DNA of 24,000 nt. Source: Thermovenabulum gondwanense. Its GTDB lineage: Bacteria; Bacillota; Thermosediminibacteria; Thermosediminibacterales; Thermosediminibacteraceae. The notes beneath the pieces are model-generated. The model did no database searches. It was not told the DNA's origin and worked only from the letters and a program-made list of their open reading frames with translations. The DNA lies in NCBI RefSeq assembly GCF_001601575.1, contig NZ_LOHZ01000023.1, positions 147,360-171,359 on the forward strand. Direction: 5' to 3'. Positions 23,389-24,000 of the stretch are shown one piece after another. Both the position numbers and the translations under genes were made by a program. Position 1 is the stretch's first letter. The number at the start of each line of letters is the position of its first letter.

Positions 23389-24000
23389 TTAAAAGCCGAG
23401 GTCCTCGTTTACAACCAAAACGTGAATGTCGGTCAATAACGGTTTCCTTTCCAATATAGTTGTTATGCGGCAAATGCGCTCGGGAGAATTGCAGTCCGCA
23501 CAAAAGCCGGTACTGGCGCATGGAGTGGACAGATTAAGGCGTCTTGCATTGGCTGGTGCAGCATACATTTTTATCCTGTTTAAACCTTCTTCTATGCTAC
23601 CGACTATTTTATTTCTGCCCGCTATTATTATAATCTTTCGGGGGCCGAAAAACATGGATGCCGCGCGGTTTCCCGTACCGTCGATATTGACGAGATTACC
23701 GGTTAAAGTAAGAGCATTGGTGCTTGTCAAAAAAAGGTCACAGGTGAGCTGACGGCGTCTTATGGCCATTTTTTCTTCAGAAGAAAGGTTAGGTGCGTTA
23801 TGATTTAAAAGTTCCTTCCCCATTTCCTTTAAAACTTCAGCCACATTTAGTTCCACCAGCGTCATTGAGCCCCCAAAACCTATGGTGGAGGCTTCTTTTG
23901 CTTGATTTATTATGTAATCTACAGCCTCTTTTCTTGTCGTGCAGTATACGGCGGTAAAACCGTTTTTCTTTAAAGATTCCACCGCTTTTTGGCAATTTTT
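23389..24000 (-). CDS. LUD-domain (DUF162, LutC/YkgG-like) protein, 5' end beyond window
   Basis: ...GFGGSMTL...LTSTNALTLTGNLVNIDGTGNRAASMFFGPRKIIIIAGRNKIV... is typical of LUD/DUF162 proteins. The frame stays open to base 24000 (KNCQKAV upstream of the listed GTG), so the gene is truncated by the window edge. Confidence 0.75.
   Translation of the reverse strand, partial: KNCQKAVESLKKNGFTAVYCTTRKEAVDYIINQAKEASTIGFGGSMTLVELNVAEVLKEMGKELLNHNAPNLSSEEKMAIRRRQLTCDLFLTSTNALTLTGNLVNIDGTGNRAASMFFGPRKIIIIAGRNKIVGSIEEGLNRIKMYAAPANARRLNLSTPCASTGFCADCNSPERICRITTILERKPLLTDIHVLVVNEDLGF

Noticed and set aside
23273-23752. ORFs 23273-23521(-) and 23426-23752(+)
   Set aside because: They overlap or lie antisense to the LUD-domain gene and its downstream spacer, and they carry no motifs.

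Overview
Firmicute-like (thermophilic Clostridia-type) chromosomal segment with three parts.

(1) Core genes, 1-5.9 kb:
- a cobalamin riboswitch on the minus strand, whose regulated gene lies off-window to the left
- mgtE
- a REC-3xPAS-GGDEF diguanylate cyclase
- cobT behind a second cobalamin riboswitch
- tRNA-Leu(CAA)

(2) Accessory block, about 5.9-21.9 kb:
- An IS graveyard at 5.9-9.2 kb: two DDE-transposase relics, one structurally complete IS3-family copy inserted next to an older decayed IS3 relative, and an etfB relic.
- A visibly AT-richer, tightly packed 9-gene minus-strand operon at 9.8-18.4 kb.
- A second IS cluster at 18.5-21.9 kb: an rve relic, a frameshifted ISLre2/UPF0236 transposase, and an intact IS3/IS150-type element with an A7 -1 frameshift site.

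(3) Core genes again, 21.9-24 kb: an MFS transporter with a structured leader, and a 5'-partial LUD/DUF162 gene.

The main find is the 9-gene operon. It is the counterpart of the still-uncharacterised E. coli php / yhfS-T-U-W-X-Y-Z locus. It encodes a YhfZ-type regulator, a PRD protein, YhfU, the YhfT membrane protein, Php, a YhfS PLP enzyme, a YhfX PLP-barrel protein and a YhfW phosphomutase. It also carries an extra amidase-signature-like gene, and a conserved 15-16 nt palindromic candidate operator sits in front of both yhfZ and yhfY.

I saw no CRISPR array, no rRNA and no recognisable defence genes. All protein calls rest on motif and family recognition by eye; no database search or computation was possible.
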